Positions 1 through 10,396 are shown, numbered from the stretch's first letter. The stretch is 64,000 nucleotides of DNA from an uncultured virus (IMG/VR IMGVR_UViG_3300035698_035306) (IMGVR_UViG_3300035698_035306), one strand, 5' to 3'. Notes: a model not told the origin generated them from the letters alone. Numbers and translations are program-made.

Positions 1-384
1 AATGTATTGAGAATGAAGTTCATCAGCAATCTTTTGAGCTTCTTTCCATTTCTTTCTACATACCTGTATTGTCTCATGCTTAGGTTCTGTTATCTTGACT
101 GTGTCTGGGCCACTCAATACAATCTTATTCAAAAACCATAAGAATCTGTTATAACTAAAGAGAGAAGCTTTAAGTGCTACCTTGTTTATAGCTCTTTTTA
201 ATCTTCTTCTATCGCAAATACCTAAATCTGATATTTTACTTCTTAATAAATCTGTATCTTCAATGTTTACATCTCCTTTAAGTTTAAAGTTTGTATTTTC
301 TTTTAAGAAGCTATTGATAATGTCTAATGCTTCTACTGTTCCATTTGTTAATTCGTTTGAATTATGTCCTATTAATTTTTTCAT
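1..384 (-). CDS. hypothetical protein, runs off the window (MKKLIGHNSNELTNGTVEALD...)
   Basis: Translated by hand; open from ATG 384 to the window edge. Confidence 0.7.
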   Translation of the reverse strand, partial: MKKLIGHNSNELTNGTVEALDIINSFLKENTNFKLKGDVNIEDTDLLRSKISDLGICDRRRLKRAINKVALKASLFSYNRFLWFLNKIVLSGPDTVKITEPKHETIQVCRKKWKEAQKIADELHSQYI

Positions 385-475
385 GATATTTCTTGTTTTT
401 GTTTTTAAAATTTTTGTTCTGTTTTGATTTGTACATATTTAGCAGGAATAACTGCTTTTTGAAATTCATGTAAAA

Positions 476-511
476 TTAAGGCGCTCGTAATCTAATCTAA
501 GTGTTTTCCAT
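476..511 (-). promoter_or_regulatory. amber-containing micro-ORF MENT*IRLRAP*
   Basis: ATG GAA AAC ACT TAG ATT AGA TTA CGA GCG CCT TAA, directly after the Pth2-like stop. Confidence 0.5.
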
Positions 512-512
512 T

Positions 513-854
513 TTATTTTTTATTTTTTAACATTAAGGGTAAATTGCTTGTCATTTTTTTAGAAATATCCCCAGGTTCTAGAGCGATTGAAGTAATTTCA
601 TTCCCTATATCAGGTTCTCTAAATACTGAAACTTTTACCCCTTTAGTTTCGGCAGTTGAGATTAATTTTTCTAAATGTTCTTGATTTGTTGCAGACAAAT
701 TTGCGATGTATTCTGAATTGTAATACCAGTCTGCGGTGACTTCTGGAAAGTCGAATGTGAATTTGATGGCTGAGTGAATTGCTTGCACACTTTGATAGCC
801 TGCTGCCATATCAGCTCTTGTAATTACGTAAAGTTTGTGATTAATCTAAGTCAT
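513..854 (-). CDS. peptidyl-tRNA hydrolase type 2 (Pth2)-like protein with in-frame TAG at codon 3
   Basis: MT*INHKLYVITRADMAAGYQSVQAIH...FREPDIGNEITSIALEP; the Pth2-type N-terminal strand KLYVITRAD lies upstream of the ORF-track start at 809. Confidence 0.7.
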
Positions 855-915
855 AATAGTATTTGTTTTTAATTATAGTTAAATATAAGATTTTGTTTCG
901 CAACTAGAAAGTTTA

Positions 916-1356
916 TTATCTTTTTAATTTTGTTAGTGCACTTATTAAATCATCGATTGCATCCATAGAAAATATAAAATGTCCTTTCTTAGATTTATCC
1001 CTTTGTATCTCTACTGAGCTAGCACTTCTAATTACATCAAAATCACCTTTAGATTTATCTTTAACAATTACAGTATTACCTTCGTTTACATTTCCTTCAA
1101 GTATTTTACCACCATTCTTACTAACTAATCTATTAAGATTTTGTTTTTGTTTAGTAGTAGCTACTTCAAACCAGATGTCGCCATTCTTTTTCTTTGTAAT
1201 ACCAAATGTAGGATGAACTGCATAATTACTACCATGACTTGTAATATAGTCTAGTGCACTGATAGTCTCATCTTTGTCACCAAAATTTACTTTTACGTAT
1301 TCTTTCTTAGCTTCATCTAAATTATGAAATTCTTCAAAGGTTTTAATATTGTCCAT
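916..1356 (-). CDS. putative internal head protein (capsid-targeting-like N-terminus MDNIKTFEEFHNLDE)
   Basis: Shared N-terminal motif; TATATA upstream. Confidence 0.6.
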   Translation of the reverse strand: MDNIKTFEEFHNLDEAKKEYVKVNFGDKDETISALDYITSHGSNYAVHPTFGITKKKNGDIWFEVATTKQKQNLNRLVSKNGGKILEGNVNEGNTVIVKDKSKGDFDVIRSASSVEIQRDKSKKGHFIFSMDAIDDLISALTKLKR

Positions 1357-1392
1357 CGATATGCTTTTGTTTTTATTATATATCGACAATAG

Positions 1393-1464
1393 TGGCCTGT
1401 ATCGGATTCGAACCGATAACCACTGGTTTTAGAGACCAGCGTTCTACCATTGAACTAACAAGCC
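1393..1464 (-). tRNA. amber suppressor tRNA (anticodon CTA), Trp-like body
   Basis: Cloverleaf with CTGGT-CTCTAAA-ACCAG; D and anticodon arms nearly identical to tRNA-Trp at 30988. Confidence 0.9.
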
Positions 1465-1476
1465 AAAAAGCTCTAA

Positions 1477-2607
1477 TTACTTAGAGCAAATTTCATATAA
1501 GTGTTTGTCATTATAATCCATTAAGAAGCCTGTAACTGATTCTACTTTCTTATCTTTCAATGAGAAATATAAACCTGTGAAACCTTTAACATCATATAAT
1601 TCACATGCTTTGAAAACTTCCATAGCATATCTTTTGTTCTCTTCTTTGGTAATGTTCTTTGGTAATCTATCTTTAAGAACTTCCCATACTGATTCAAGTT
1701 TTATCTTGAATGCATTGAATGTAGTTCTGGCTTTAAGTATCTCAACTCTTCTTTCAGGAAACGATGCAATGAACTCGTCAACTTCGTTTGTCTTTATAAT
1801 AGTCATGATTTTGTACTCAGCCATTGATGACTTTAAGTGATGAGCTGCAACGTAAGCAGGGTTCTTGATTTTGTTTCTTTCTTTACCATCCCATACTACA
1901 TAACCTTCTTCAGAATACTTCATGTTCTCAAAAGTCTTTCTTAAAGTCGCATAGTCTGCTTTCAAAGGAAATGATTTAACTACAGTTACACCAAGATTTT
2001 TAGATGTAGCTACAATATGTCCATAATCCATTTCATCCATTGACTCTAATTCTCTTACACCTAATAAGGTTACGTCAGATGTTCCGTGAGGACATACAAC
2101 GATATTCCAAGGTGTAGTTAATTCAAATGCATAAGTATGACCTGGTATGATAAGTTCATTCTCACCTGTAAGTGAGAACTCTCCTACTTTACCTCTAATT
2201 GTCTTTAAGAATAATTCAGCAAAAGTAATTGCACCACCATTAACATCACCTTCAGCTTCTGCAGTACCTGTAGTACCAGCATACCATCTTTTAACAACCC
2301 AATCGTAGTATAATTGTATTAAAGTCCCATCAACTTTCTCAAATACTCTAGCTTTGTTCCAGTCTAACTTTGCAGCATGACCTTCTTCAGCATTAAAGAA
2401 CTTTCTGAATGCTAACGACATAACTTTCCATGTCTTATTTTCTAAGATAAGACCTCTGCAATCTCTAACTTCTTCATGTGAAAAATTAGACTCAATTTGG
2501 TCGTACTTGATAAGTACTTTGTGACCGTAATGTCTATGCTTTAATTTGAAGTCTGCAAGAGTTTTTTCTAAACCATGCTCATGTAAGTATTTTTGTATTG
2601 CTAACAT
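1477..2607 (-). CDS. T4 Rnl1-like RNA ligase
   Basis: CRGLIL, FRKFFN, EKVDGTL (motif I), FEL, EGYVV, KIKN nucleotidyltransferase motifs. Confidence 0.88.
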   Translation of the reverse strand: MLAIQKYLHEHGLEKTLADFKLKHRHYGHKVLIKYDQIESNFSHEEVRDCRGLILENKTWKVMSLAFRKFFNAEEGHAAKLDWNKARVFEKVDGTLIQLYYDWVVKRWYAGTTGTAEAEGDVNGGAITFAELFLKTIRGKVGEFSLTGENELIIPGHTYAFELTTPWNIVVCPHGTSDVTLLGVRELESMDEMDYGHIVATSKNLGVTVVKSFPLKADYATLRKTFENMKYSEEGYVVWDGKERNKIKNPAYVAAHHLKSSMAEYKIMTIIKTNEVDEFIASFPERRVEILKARTTFNAFKIKLESVWEVLKDRLPKNITKEENKRYAMEVFKACELYDVKGFTGLYFSLKDKKVESVTGFLMDYNDKHLYEICSK

Positions 2608-2670
2608 TTTTATTTGTTTTTAAATTACTATACTAAAGTATCAAAAATATTTGACACTCCAAAGTATTTG

Positions 2671-3306
2671 TTACTTTAATTCTGTAGTATCTAATAGAGT
2701 AACACCTTTATTCATTAACTCAAAGTTGTTTGCAGTTAAGTCTTCTGCTATTCCTCTACAAGCATCCAATATAACAAATGTATTAAAACCTGCTTCTACA
2801 GAATCTAGAGCTGTAAATTTGACACATACATCAGTAGCTAATCCACAGATGAAAGTTGCTTCAATACCTCGCTTATTTAAAAACTCTGCTAAACCAGTTG
2901 ATGTCTTCTTGTCATTTTCTAAGAAACCTGAGTAACTATCTACATTAGGATTTTCACCTTTCTTAAAAATAAAAAGCTTGTCAATGTTTAAATCCAATTC
3001 TGGGTGGAACTCTGAACCGTGGTCATCTTGCATACAATGGTCAGGCCATAATTTCTGTACTGAACCATTTGGTAATTTATGGTCTGTAAATAATTTCTCT
3101 GCACATTCATCTTTATCATCAAAATGAGTTGATGCAAAAGAAACGTGAACTTTAGGATGGTTATCTTTAGTTAGAATAACACAATCAAATTTGCTTTTAT
3201 CTATACTGTTGATAATAGGGATTATTGCCGAAGCATTTGGGACTGCAAGTGAACCATCGATAAAATCGAGCTGTGGGTCTACTATAATAAGTGCTTTTTT
3301 ATTCAT
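2671..3306 (-). CDS. pncA: nicotinamidase
   Basis: LIIVDPQLDF-GSLAV, H-SF, LWPDHC, DSYSGF, GLATDVCV. Confidence 0.95.
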   Translation of the reverse strand: MNKKALIIVDPQLDFIDGSLAVPNASAIIPIINSIDKSKFDCVILTKDNHPKVHVSFASTHFDDKDECAEKLFTDHKLPNGSVQKLWPDHCMQDDHGSEFHPELDLNIDKLFIFKKGENPNVDSYSGFLENDKKTSTGLAEFLNKRGIEATFICGLATDVCVKFTALDSVEAGFNTFVILDACRGIAEDLTANNFELMNKGVTLLDTTELK

Positions 3307-3307
3307 T

Positions 3308-4183
3308 TTAAATAATTTTAGTTCTAGGTGTATTATAAGGATTGTCTCGTTTAAACTGTGATGCTTTCACTCGGTCAGAGACAATTTTCTTCGTGTTTTT
3401 TGGATATCTTCCAGTAGTTAAGAACATGTTGATTAACTCATCAACTTCACTATAACCACTTCGAGTATCTTTGTGTTCAAGTTTCCAATCTGGTAGGATT
3501 TGGTCTAAATCAGTATTTGTAATACCAAGACCATCAGTTGCATTACATCTAACACATGCAATGAGTGCTTGTTGTTTATCTGTAAGCTCATCAGCATAAC
3601 CTGTATAAAGCTCATTGTTAATAAGCCAGTCAGTCATTTCATAAACTTCAGTCTTCCATAAACTTTGAATTGGGCCAAAATCTCCAACATCACCATGTAA
3701 TGTCCAGAAACCTAATTTATATTCAGTCCAATTATCAGTTGATAAAACTAAACCAGACATCTTACTTGCTAAATTATAAAGATACATCATTCTCATTCGA
3801 GCTTTAATGTTACCCATTCTAATTTTGTATGGTCGAGAATTAAAATCATCATCTTCAATGTCACCTTCATTGTCATCCATTGAACGAAGTAAGAAAAATT
3901 CTTCATCTAATTTAACTTCTGCAAAATCGTGGCAAAATTCTTGGCCGACCATTCTTGCTCTTTCAGTTTCTTCAGGTGAATTTGACGTAATACTAATATA
4001 ACGGCCGATTAATTTAACTCCTAATTCGTCACAGACTGGTCTGACGAGAGCTGCTACAATTGCACTATCTATGCCACCTGAGATACCAAGTACAAGACTT
4101 TTAAGAGGACTACCTGTAAGATAGTCTCTTAAGTCTTTTCGTATATTTTCTACTGCAGGTTCGTAATTTTTAATTAAATCCAT
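3308..4183 (-). CDS. nadE: NH3-dependent NAD+ synthetase
   Basis: LGISGGIDS PP-loop, GNIKARMRM, STDN-TE-LGFWTLHGD, LWKTEV. Confidence 0.93.
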   Translation of the reverse strand: MDLIKNYEPAVENIRKDLRDYLTGSPLKSLVLGISGGIDSAIVAALVRPVCDELGVKLIGRYISITSNSPEETERARMVGQEFCHDFAEVKLDEEFFLLRSMDDNEGDIEDDDFNSRPYKIRMGNIKARMRMMYLYNLASKMSGLVLSTDNWTEYKLGFWTLHGDVGDFGPIQSLWKTEVYEMTDWLINNELYTGYADELTDKQQALIACVRCNATDGLGITNTDLDQILPDWKLEHKDTRSGYSEVDELINMFLTTGRYPKNTKKIVSDRVKASQFKRDNPYNTPRTKII

Positions 4184-4219
4184 GTCTTTATGTTTTAATG
4201 TTTAGTCAAATATAACAAA

Positions 4220-4783
4220 TTATTTTGACACGCCAAAGTTTTCGAGAACAATTTTGATAAAATCTGAAATAACAGTCTCATGACCAAATGCAAAATCATA
4301 TTCACTTGCACCTACATCTGTAACGTCTAACCATTTAACTTCTGTTACTTCGTTTACGCCACAGTTGATATTAGATACTTCAGGTAAATCACCATCTACA
4401 TCTACACAACAGCCATATCTTAATGTGATATTTTCTCTGTTAGAAGTGTGAGGATTATCACTTACATACCAAGGTTGTCTAAGTCTTTCATACACAAGCT
4501 TTTCTCCATTTAAGAAAGTGTCCATGTTTAAGTTTGTTTCTTCATTAATTTCTCTGAAGATTGCACCTGTACCATTTTCATTCCAATCGATGTAACCACA
4601 AGGAACACACCATTTGAAAGGTTGGTCCATATCTTTACCTCTACGTTCTACAAGAACATAAACGTTACCCTTGTTTCGTACGATTACTACACCGAGTACT
4701 GCTACTGAACGAGAGAAATGTATCTTTCGTTCTCCAATATTTTCTTTTGTTATAAGTTCGTTTTCTTTGTTTGAAAATTCCAT
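4220..4783 (-). CDS. Nudix hydrolase (ADP-ribose pyrophosphatase-like)
   Basis: PCGYIDWNE...AIFREINEETNL Nudix box; AFGH C-terminal motif. Confidence 0.88.
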   Translation of the reverse strand: MEFSNKENELITKENIGERKIHFSRSVAVLGVVIVRNKGNVYVLVERRGKDMDQPFKWCVPCGYIDWNENGTGAIFREINEETNLNMDTFLNGEKLVYERLRQPWYVSDNPHTSNRENITLRYGCCVDVDGDLPEVSNINCGVNEVTEVKWLDVTDVGASEYDFAFGHETVISDFIKIVLENFGVSK

Positions 4784-5322
4784 TCTGCTGTATTTTTATA
4801 AAGTTCGTAAATTGCTGCGATAGCTTGTTTTGTTATTTTGCGTGTTCCTATACCTGCGAAATTAGTAGGTAACAATGGCATATTATCGATTACTGAGAAC
4901 ATGCTTACAGTATCGTTGTATCTGAACCACAGATTATGGTTGATGTCATATAAATATACTGGTTTCTTGCAGTCTATTGCCATCTGAACAGCCCATCCAG
5001 TACCACCATCTACCTGTGTAAAGTTATTTTTGATAGTTCCTATTGCAAATATATTATCTGAATATTTTATCTGTGCCCAATTTCGGCATAATAAATTCAT
5101 GTAATTTTTAGGATTACGCTTCAATTTTTTATTTGCAAGCATTACTTTCTCAAAGCCCTCATCTTTATCAGCTTGAGAAATTTCAATATTACCATGTGGT
5201 GTTTTCTGCATCCAATAGTAATGATTGACAGTTGCACCTAAACGTTCTGCAACCTTTCCCCAAGTGTAATCGGAACCAATTGCTCCTCCTGAATGGCAAG
5301 TATAATTTTTTAATAAACTCAT
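4750..5322 (-). CDS. SLOG-superfamily nucleotide-binding protein
   Basis: HSGGAIGSD, GGTGWA and AGIGTR motifs; located in the NAD operon. Confidence 0.65.
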   Translation of the reverse strand: MSLLKNYTCHSGGAIGSDYTWGKVAERLGATVNHYYWMQKTPHGNIEISQADKDEGFEKVMLANKKLKRNPKNYMNLLCRNWAQIKYSDNIFAIGTIKNNFTQVDGGTGWAVQMAIDCKKPVYLYDINHNLWFRYNDTVSMFSVIDNMPLLPTNFAGIGTRKITKQAIAAIYELYKNTAEWNFQTKKTNL

Positions 5323-5323
5323 T

Positions 5324-6496
5324 TTATAAAGGTTTGTAGTCTATCATACGTTTAACTATGTCAATAGTTTCAGCGTTTCCAGTATGCTTTCCAGGTATGT
5401 CAGAAAGTTTAATTACATTCTCTTTATTAATCTTAAATAGTTTAATTACCATGTTAAGTGCTTTAACTCCAGGGAAATCATTCGTGTAGTTTGTTCCTAT
5501 ACCAAATGAACAGCCAATTCGACCATCGACGTAGTCTTGAATTTCTAATGCTGTAGTTGGATTTAAACCATCAGAGAAAACAATTGTCTTTGATTTTGGG
5601 TCAATTCCAAGTGATTCGTAGTGTGCAATTATCTTATCAGTAAATACTTTTGCATCTCCTGAGTCGTGGCGTACACCATCAAACAACTTAGCGTATTTCA
5701 TATCGAAGTCATTTAAGAATGTGTCTAGACCAAATGTGTCTGTCAATGCTATACCTAAATTTCCTTTATATGTTTCAACCCAAAGTTCTAATGCATGTTT
5801 ATTAGCGTGAGCATAACCAAGTACAGCAGCTACTCCTGATACCCATTCGTGAGCGAATGTTCCAATTGCTTTTGTATTATGATTGATTGCCATTTCAACG
5901 TTTGAAGAACCAATGAATGATTTTCCACCGTAGTTTTTAGCTATTCCAACTACTCTATCGTGGTTGGTGTATGAATAACGTCTACGTGTACCGAAGTCAA
6001 CGTTGGCAAGGTTATGCATATTAAAGTTTGAGAATTTCTTTTGGTCAAGGCCTTCTATGTAACCGATAGATTCTTTTGGCTCAATACCGTTTATCTTAAA
6101 GAATATCTCAGATATCTCAGACATCAGAATAACTTCCCAAAGTATAGTTCTGTACCAGTAACCTTGTATAATTATCTTTAATTCACCTTCATCTTCTTCA
6201 ATGATTATAACTTCAGAAGGATTAAATTTATATCCTGCTAGAAAATCGAAGAACATATTAGGTAAGAATGGGCATTTCACTTGGAATGCTTCTCGCTCCT
6301 CTCTTGACAGTGTAATTTCCCCAAATGTGTCAATACGTTTTCTTAATTCGTCAGCAACTCCAGACATGTCACGTGTCTTATCTCTTAAAACAAACTCATA
6401 TCTAACCTTTGCATCAGGGAAGTGTTGCATTACTGCCCACATCATAGTGAATTTATAAAGGTCGTTGTCTAAGATACTTCTCTTTTTTAAGTTCAT
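5324..6496 (-). CDS. pncB: nicotinate phosphoribosyltransferase
   Basis: DNDLYKFTM, DFGTRRR, GTFAHEW, GVRHDSGD, FSDGL, FGIGT, KLSD-PGK. Confidence 0.96.
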   Translation of the reverse strand: MNLKKRSILDNDLYKFTMMWAVMQHFPDAKVRYEFVLRDKTRDMSGVADELRKRIDTFGEITLSREEREAFQVKCPFLPNMFFDFLAGYKFNPSEVIIIEEDEGELKIIIQGYWYRTILWEVILMSEISEIFFKINGIEPKESIGYIEGLDQKKFSNFNMHNLANVDFGTRRRYSYTNHDRVVGIAKNYGGKSFIGSSNVEMAINHNTKAIGTFAHEWVSGVAAVLGYAHANKHALELWVETYKGNLGIALTDTFGLDTFLNDFDMKYAKLFDGVRHDSGDAKVFTDKIIAHYESLGIDPKSKTIVFSDGLNPTTALEIQDYVDGRIGCSFGIGTNYTNDFPGVKALNMVIKLFKINKENVIKLSDIPGKHTGNAETIDIVKRMIDYKPL

Positions 6497-6500
6497 AATA

Positions 6501-6695
6501 CTATATTTTAGTAAGATTTTTTAATTGTTCAATGATAATTGGTAAATTCTTTAAAGCTCTTTCTTCAGATTCTCTTAAATGTGTTTCTGTATTTGGGTTT
6601 GGAACTCTACCTTTAATTTGAAAGTAAGTTGAGATAGGTTGCAGCTTATTTCTAATGTCTGCTACGATATCTTCTATTTCTTGTTTCTTGCTCAT
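6501..6695 (-). CDS. hypothetical protein
   Basis: ORF at the head of the NAD operon, behind a TACTTTAG promoter. Confidence 0.6.
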   Translation of the reverse strand: MSKKQEIEDIVADIRNKLQPISTYFQIKGRVPNPNTETHLRESEERALKNLPIIIEQLKNLTKI

Positions 6696-6723
6696 TGTTT
6701 AATTTTATAATACTAAAGTACAT

Positions 6724-6751
6724 AAAAAAACCGAAACTCCAAAGTTTCGGT
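6724..6751 (-). terminator. intrinsic terminator overlapping a promoter
   Basis: ACCGAAACT-hairpin-AGTTTCGGT followed by a T-run on the minus strand. Confidence 0.7.
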
Positions 6752-6779
6752 CAGATAAAACGTATTTTATCCTAGTTAA

Positions 6780-7013
6780 TTAAGAACATAAAAGCTGGTT
6801 ATTCCCATCGTTGTGGCTGCTATTGCTTTCTACTGGTCTGGTTAAACCTATCCCCTTTTGTGTTAAGAAAATTAAGTTACCACCTTTAGATAAAAATCCT
6901 TCATTAATAGCCGATTCAACTACATCTGAACCAAATTGAGAATAAACATTCTGAACAGTATTATTACCATTCTTTGTTAAACTTTGTATACTTACTGCTA
7001 ATGTGTAATCCAT
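6780..7013 (-). CDS. hypothetical protein (possible winged-helix)
   Basis: ORF from MDYTL; TATATA upstream. Confidence 0.55.
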   Translation of the reverse strand: MDYTLAVSIQSLTKNGNNTVQNVYSQFGSDVVESAINEGFLSKGGNLIFLTQKGIGLTRPVESNSSHNDGNNQLLCS

Positions 7014-7152
7014 GTGTATTGTTTTATTTTTATTATATATCGCCCAAAAAAGCAGCTGGGTTACTGAACTCCGATTGAGTTTCAAAATAAACCAGCTGCT
7101 TCTGTATATTAGTTAATAGGTTTGCTGAATGATTAAAAATGATTCTGTAAGC

Positions 7153-8820
7153 CTATTTCAGTTTCTTCTCAAGCTTGTTGAACTTGTCTAAAGCTTCCTT
7201 GTCTTTCTCATTATTCCACTTAAGGAAATAATCTACTAAAGTAGCAACATCTTTTACTGAATGTGTTTTTTCTTTAATAACCGTGAATACATCGTTAGCT
7301 TCGATACCAATTTCATCATCTTTCATTTCAAGACGAATCATCTGTGCATATTTCTTTTCTAATTTCTCAAGTTCTTTAACTACACCAGATAACCATTTTG
7401 AATCTTTAACAATCGGTTCATTCTTAGCATGAGGAATTGTCAAATAATAAGGTACTCTACTGGCTTCATTACAAAACTCTTCAAAGTTCATAAAATTTTC
7501 CATATTCTACTTTGCAAAATATTTTACTTTTCCACCTTCTCTTTTAGTCTCAATTTGCTTAGTATCATTCAAATACCTTAAGATGTTTTCATAGTTCTTA
7601 TAATGCATTGGGTCTTTATAGTTCTTAAGAACCCCCTTCTGTGTATTAATAAATCTATGTACGTCTGATTGTATAATACCAGGATTAGATTTTAAGTGTG
7701 CAACTAATGAGTCTGCAGCCTTTTGATTCTCTTGCCCAAGTTTGGGTGTTTTTGAAGATTCATTACAAAACTCTTCAAAGTTCATAAAATTTTCCATGTT
7801 GTATATCTTTATATTTTATTCGCAGTTAGCTATTTCACCATCTTTTACAGCTGACTTTAATTCTGCATCTGAAAAATCAATTTCAGTATCATCGAATTGA
7901 ATTGAACTTACGAATTGATGTGTTCCGCCTTTTTTACCTTTATATGTTAATGCACCCATCCAAGAGTTCATACCTAAATCAGCTACACAATAATCAGTAC
8001 CTGTCTTTAAATCTTTAACATTCTTTATGATACTACCTAATGATAAGTCATTGTCGTCAAGGTTATCTTCGTCAAATTCTTGCTTTTCTACTACAGTGCT
8101 TTCACTTACAGTACTTAAAGCCTTTTTGATACCTGCTTCAAATGCTTTAACTCTCATAACACCATTAAATTCCATTTCATCACGGAATATTCTATGTGAG
8201 CCATGACTTAAAACGTATTTAGTTGGACCATCACCTTCATCAGTAATAGCATCAAAATCTAAATCATAAATTTCACCATTTGCAGATACTTTAGTTTTAT
8301 AACCAATTGTCCATTTTCTACCGTTACGTTGCATAGCATCCATACCGTCATTTGTAATTGCATTACCATTTGTTTTTTCAAACTCAATGTCAAAACCAGC
8401 TTTAATAATCATCTTTGAAAGATTACCAACAAATCTGTTGTCTAATTTCTTTCCTTTAGAACCATGTAGCTTCTCTGCAATTGCTATAGGTATAATAGCT
8501 GCATCAAACATCTTCTGAATTTCTTCTACAGTAGCACCTAATTCTAATGCCTTCTTACCAAAGTCATCAAATGGTCCACGGTATTCTTTCCATTTATCAT
8601 CATATTTAAGTTCAGCTGCCTTAAGTTTTAAACCACTGACAAATCTTGCAATCGCCTTATCTTTATCTTTTAATTTGTTTGCAACATCTTCACCATCTTT
8701 ACCAGCTGTTACTAAATCAAGCATGCGTTGCCAGTCTTTAGTTGATATTTGACCAGGTTTGGCCTTTTTCTCATTTAAAGACTCTTGGAAATCTTCAAAT
8801 AACATTACATATTTTTCCAT
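7153..8820 (-). CDS. three putative internal head proteins (7153-7503, 7507-7797, 7816-8820)
   Basis: N-termini MENFMNFEEFCNE (twice, identical) and MEKYVMLFEDFQESLNE. Confidence 0.65.
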
Positions 8821-8941
8821 GTTTATGAATTATTTTTTACTTATTATATATTGATGGAATTTGAGGAGAGTTGTGAAGTCGAAATGATGCCACAAATAAA
8901 AAGGAACTGTAGAAGGTGGGACAATCTACAATTCCTATATA

Positions 8942-9463
8942 TTACTTAGCTAACATATCAGCTGCACAACTTGCAGCCCATGCTTCTGGTTTAGTTCTAC
9001 ACTTAAAGCCAAGTGATTTAATGTAACCGACTCCTGCGTCATGAGCTACATTACTTTGATGCCTGTCATTAGGGTTTAAATCAAGGTCAACAGTTATAAT
9101 TCTCTTACCAACTGCAGGTAGAATTTCAAGTGCAGTGTCTGCTGAATCTTGAACCTCTTTCCACATTCTTGGGAAAAGTGTATCTTTCCAGAACTTATCG
9201 TTCTTTGTGTTTGCTTTCGCTTTATCGTAATCTTCTTTCTTAGCTCTGATTTTCTTTTCAGAATATCTTTGAAAGATAATATGGCCGCCGTTTCCAGGAT
9301 GCACAAAGCAAATTACGGTTACGAATTTAGTATGTCTGCGATGATTTAAGCTATCACTACCTACATAAATGTCAACTTCAGGGTTTTCCCGAATGTAATC
9401 TTTTACGTATTGTTGAACATCGTCAATAATACGTCCACCGAATTGTTTAAATTGTTTCATCAT
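8942..9463 (-). CDS. RNase H-like YkuK/DUF458 family protein
   Basis: IYVGSDS, R-W-EV, DLDLN, KPEAWAASCAAD; start MMKQF with GGAGG RBS (ORF-track extension overlaps a tRNA). Confidence 0.8.
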   Translation of the reverse strand: MMKQFKQFGGRIIDDVQQYVKDYIRENPEVDIYVGSDSLNHRRHTKFVTVICFVHPGNGGHIIFQRYSEKKIRAKKEDYDKAKANTKNDKFWKDTLFPRMWKEVQDSADTALEILPAVGKRIITVDLDLNPNDRHQSNVAHDAGVGYIKSLGFKCRTKPEAWAASCAADMLAK

Positions 9464-9481
9464 TATTCCTCCATCTTTTTG

Positions 9482-9565
9482 TGACCATAGAGAGACTCGA
9501 ACTCTCAAGCTTTTTAGAGCGGCAGATTCTTAGTCTGCTGTGTTTGCCAATTTCACCATACGGCC
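9482..9565 (-). tRNA. tRNA-Leu(AAG)
   Basis: GCAGA-CTAAGAA-TCTGC, long variable arm. Confidence 0.85.
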
Positions 9566-9584
9566 ATGGTTGTTTATTTATTTG

Positions 9585-9660
9585 TACCCCTGGTCGGATT
9601 CGAACCGACACAATCTCCTGGGTCTAAACCAGGCGCCTTTACCATTTTAACCACAGGGGT
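9585..9660 (-). tRNA. tRNA-Leu(TAG)
   Basis: Cloverleaf, loop TTTAGAC. Confidence 0.9.
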
Positions 9661-9685
9661 AGTTATTGTATTGCATCTATTGTTG

Positions 9686-9759
9686 TATTCCTAGTGAGAT
9701 TCGAACTCACACTGAACGGGGCTTAAACCCGATGCCTCTGCCAGTTGGGCTACAGGAAC
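9686..9759 (-). tRNA. tRNA-Leu(TAA)
   Basis: Loop TTTAAGC. Confidence 0.88.
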
Positions 9760-9764
9760 ATGTT

Positions 9765-10079
9765 CTATTTATATCTTTCAAGAACTCTTGCTCTTTTTTC
9801 AGGAGACATTTTACAAAGAACGTTTTCTCCTGGTGGTCGTGAACTTCTTTCACCACCATAAGTAATTAAAAATTCGTATTCACCATTTTCTTCAAAATGT
9901 TTAGATTTAATCTTCTGCCAATATTCGTGACTTAATAAATGCACTTCAATTGTTTTGTGATATTCATTATAGGTTAGATTATATCTTTCACCTACAATAA
10001 CAAACTCAACAAGCTTCATATTATAACCTTGTTCTTCTATTTGCTTTAATACATTAGTTATTATATTTGTTGTTTCCAT
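9765..10079 (-). CDS. hypothetical protein within tRNA operon
   Basis: ORF track. Confidence 0.6.
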   Translation of the reverse strand: METTNIITNVLKQIEEQGYNMKLVEFVIVGERYNLTYNEYHKTIEVHLLSHEYWQKIKSKHFEENGEYEFLITYGGERSSRPPGENVLCKMSPEKRARVLERYK

Positions 10080-10222
10080 TATCTTTAGTATTTAGCTACC
10101 AGAGTAGCAATTTATATTACTTTTCAGTGATTTTAGCTACCAGGGTAGCTATGTTTATAATAGACCATATATGAGTCATTTCTGTAATATTTCAGTGAAA
10201 TTGCTCATATATGAGTCATTTG

Positions 10223-10308
10223 TAGCCCGAATCGGAATCGAACCGACACGTCCATTACTGAACACTGGATTTTAAGTCCAGCGCGTCTACCAGTTTCACC
10301 ACCGGGCC
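10223..10308 (-). tRNA. tRNA-Leu(TAA)
   Basis: Loop CTTAAAA, long variable arm. Confidence 0.92.
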
Positions 10309-10321
10309 GTCTTTATTATTG

Positions 10322-10396
10322 AGCAGTATAACAGATTCGAACTGTCACCTTCTGGGTGGAAGCCAGATATGCTTTGCCGTTAAACACCAATACTGC
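10322..10396 (-). tRNA. tRNA-Gly(TCC)
   Basis: Loop CTTCCAC. Confidence 0.88.

Noticed and set aside
494..851. ACTTAGA at the amber sites as further copies of the ACUUAGAA ncRNA module
   Set aside because: The next base differs (ACTTAGATT) and the flanking helices are absent. A link cannot be excluded but is unsupported.
7050..7101. AGCAGCTGG inverted repeat and scattered AGCAGCT intergenic motifs
   Set aside because: The hairpin is real, but the copies are too short and few to support a function.
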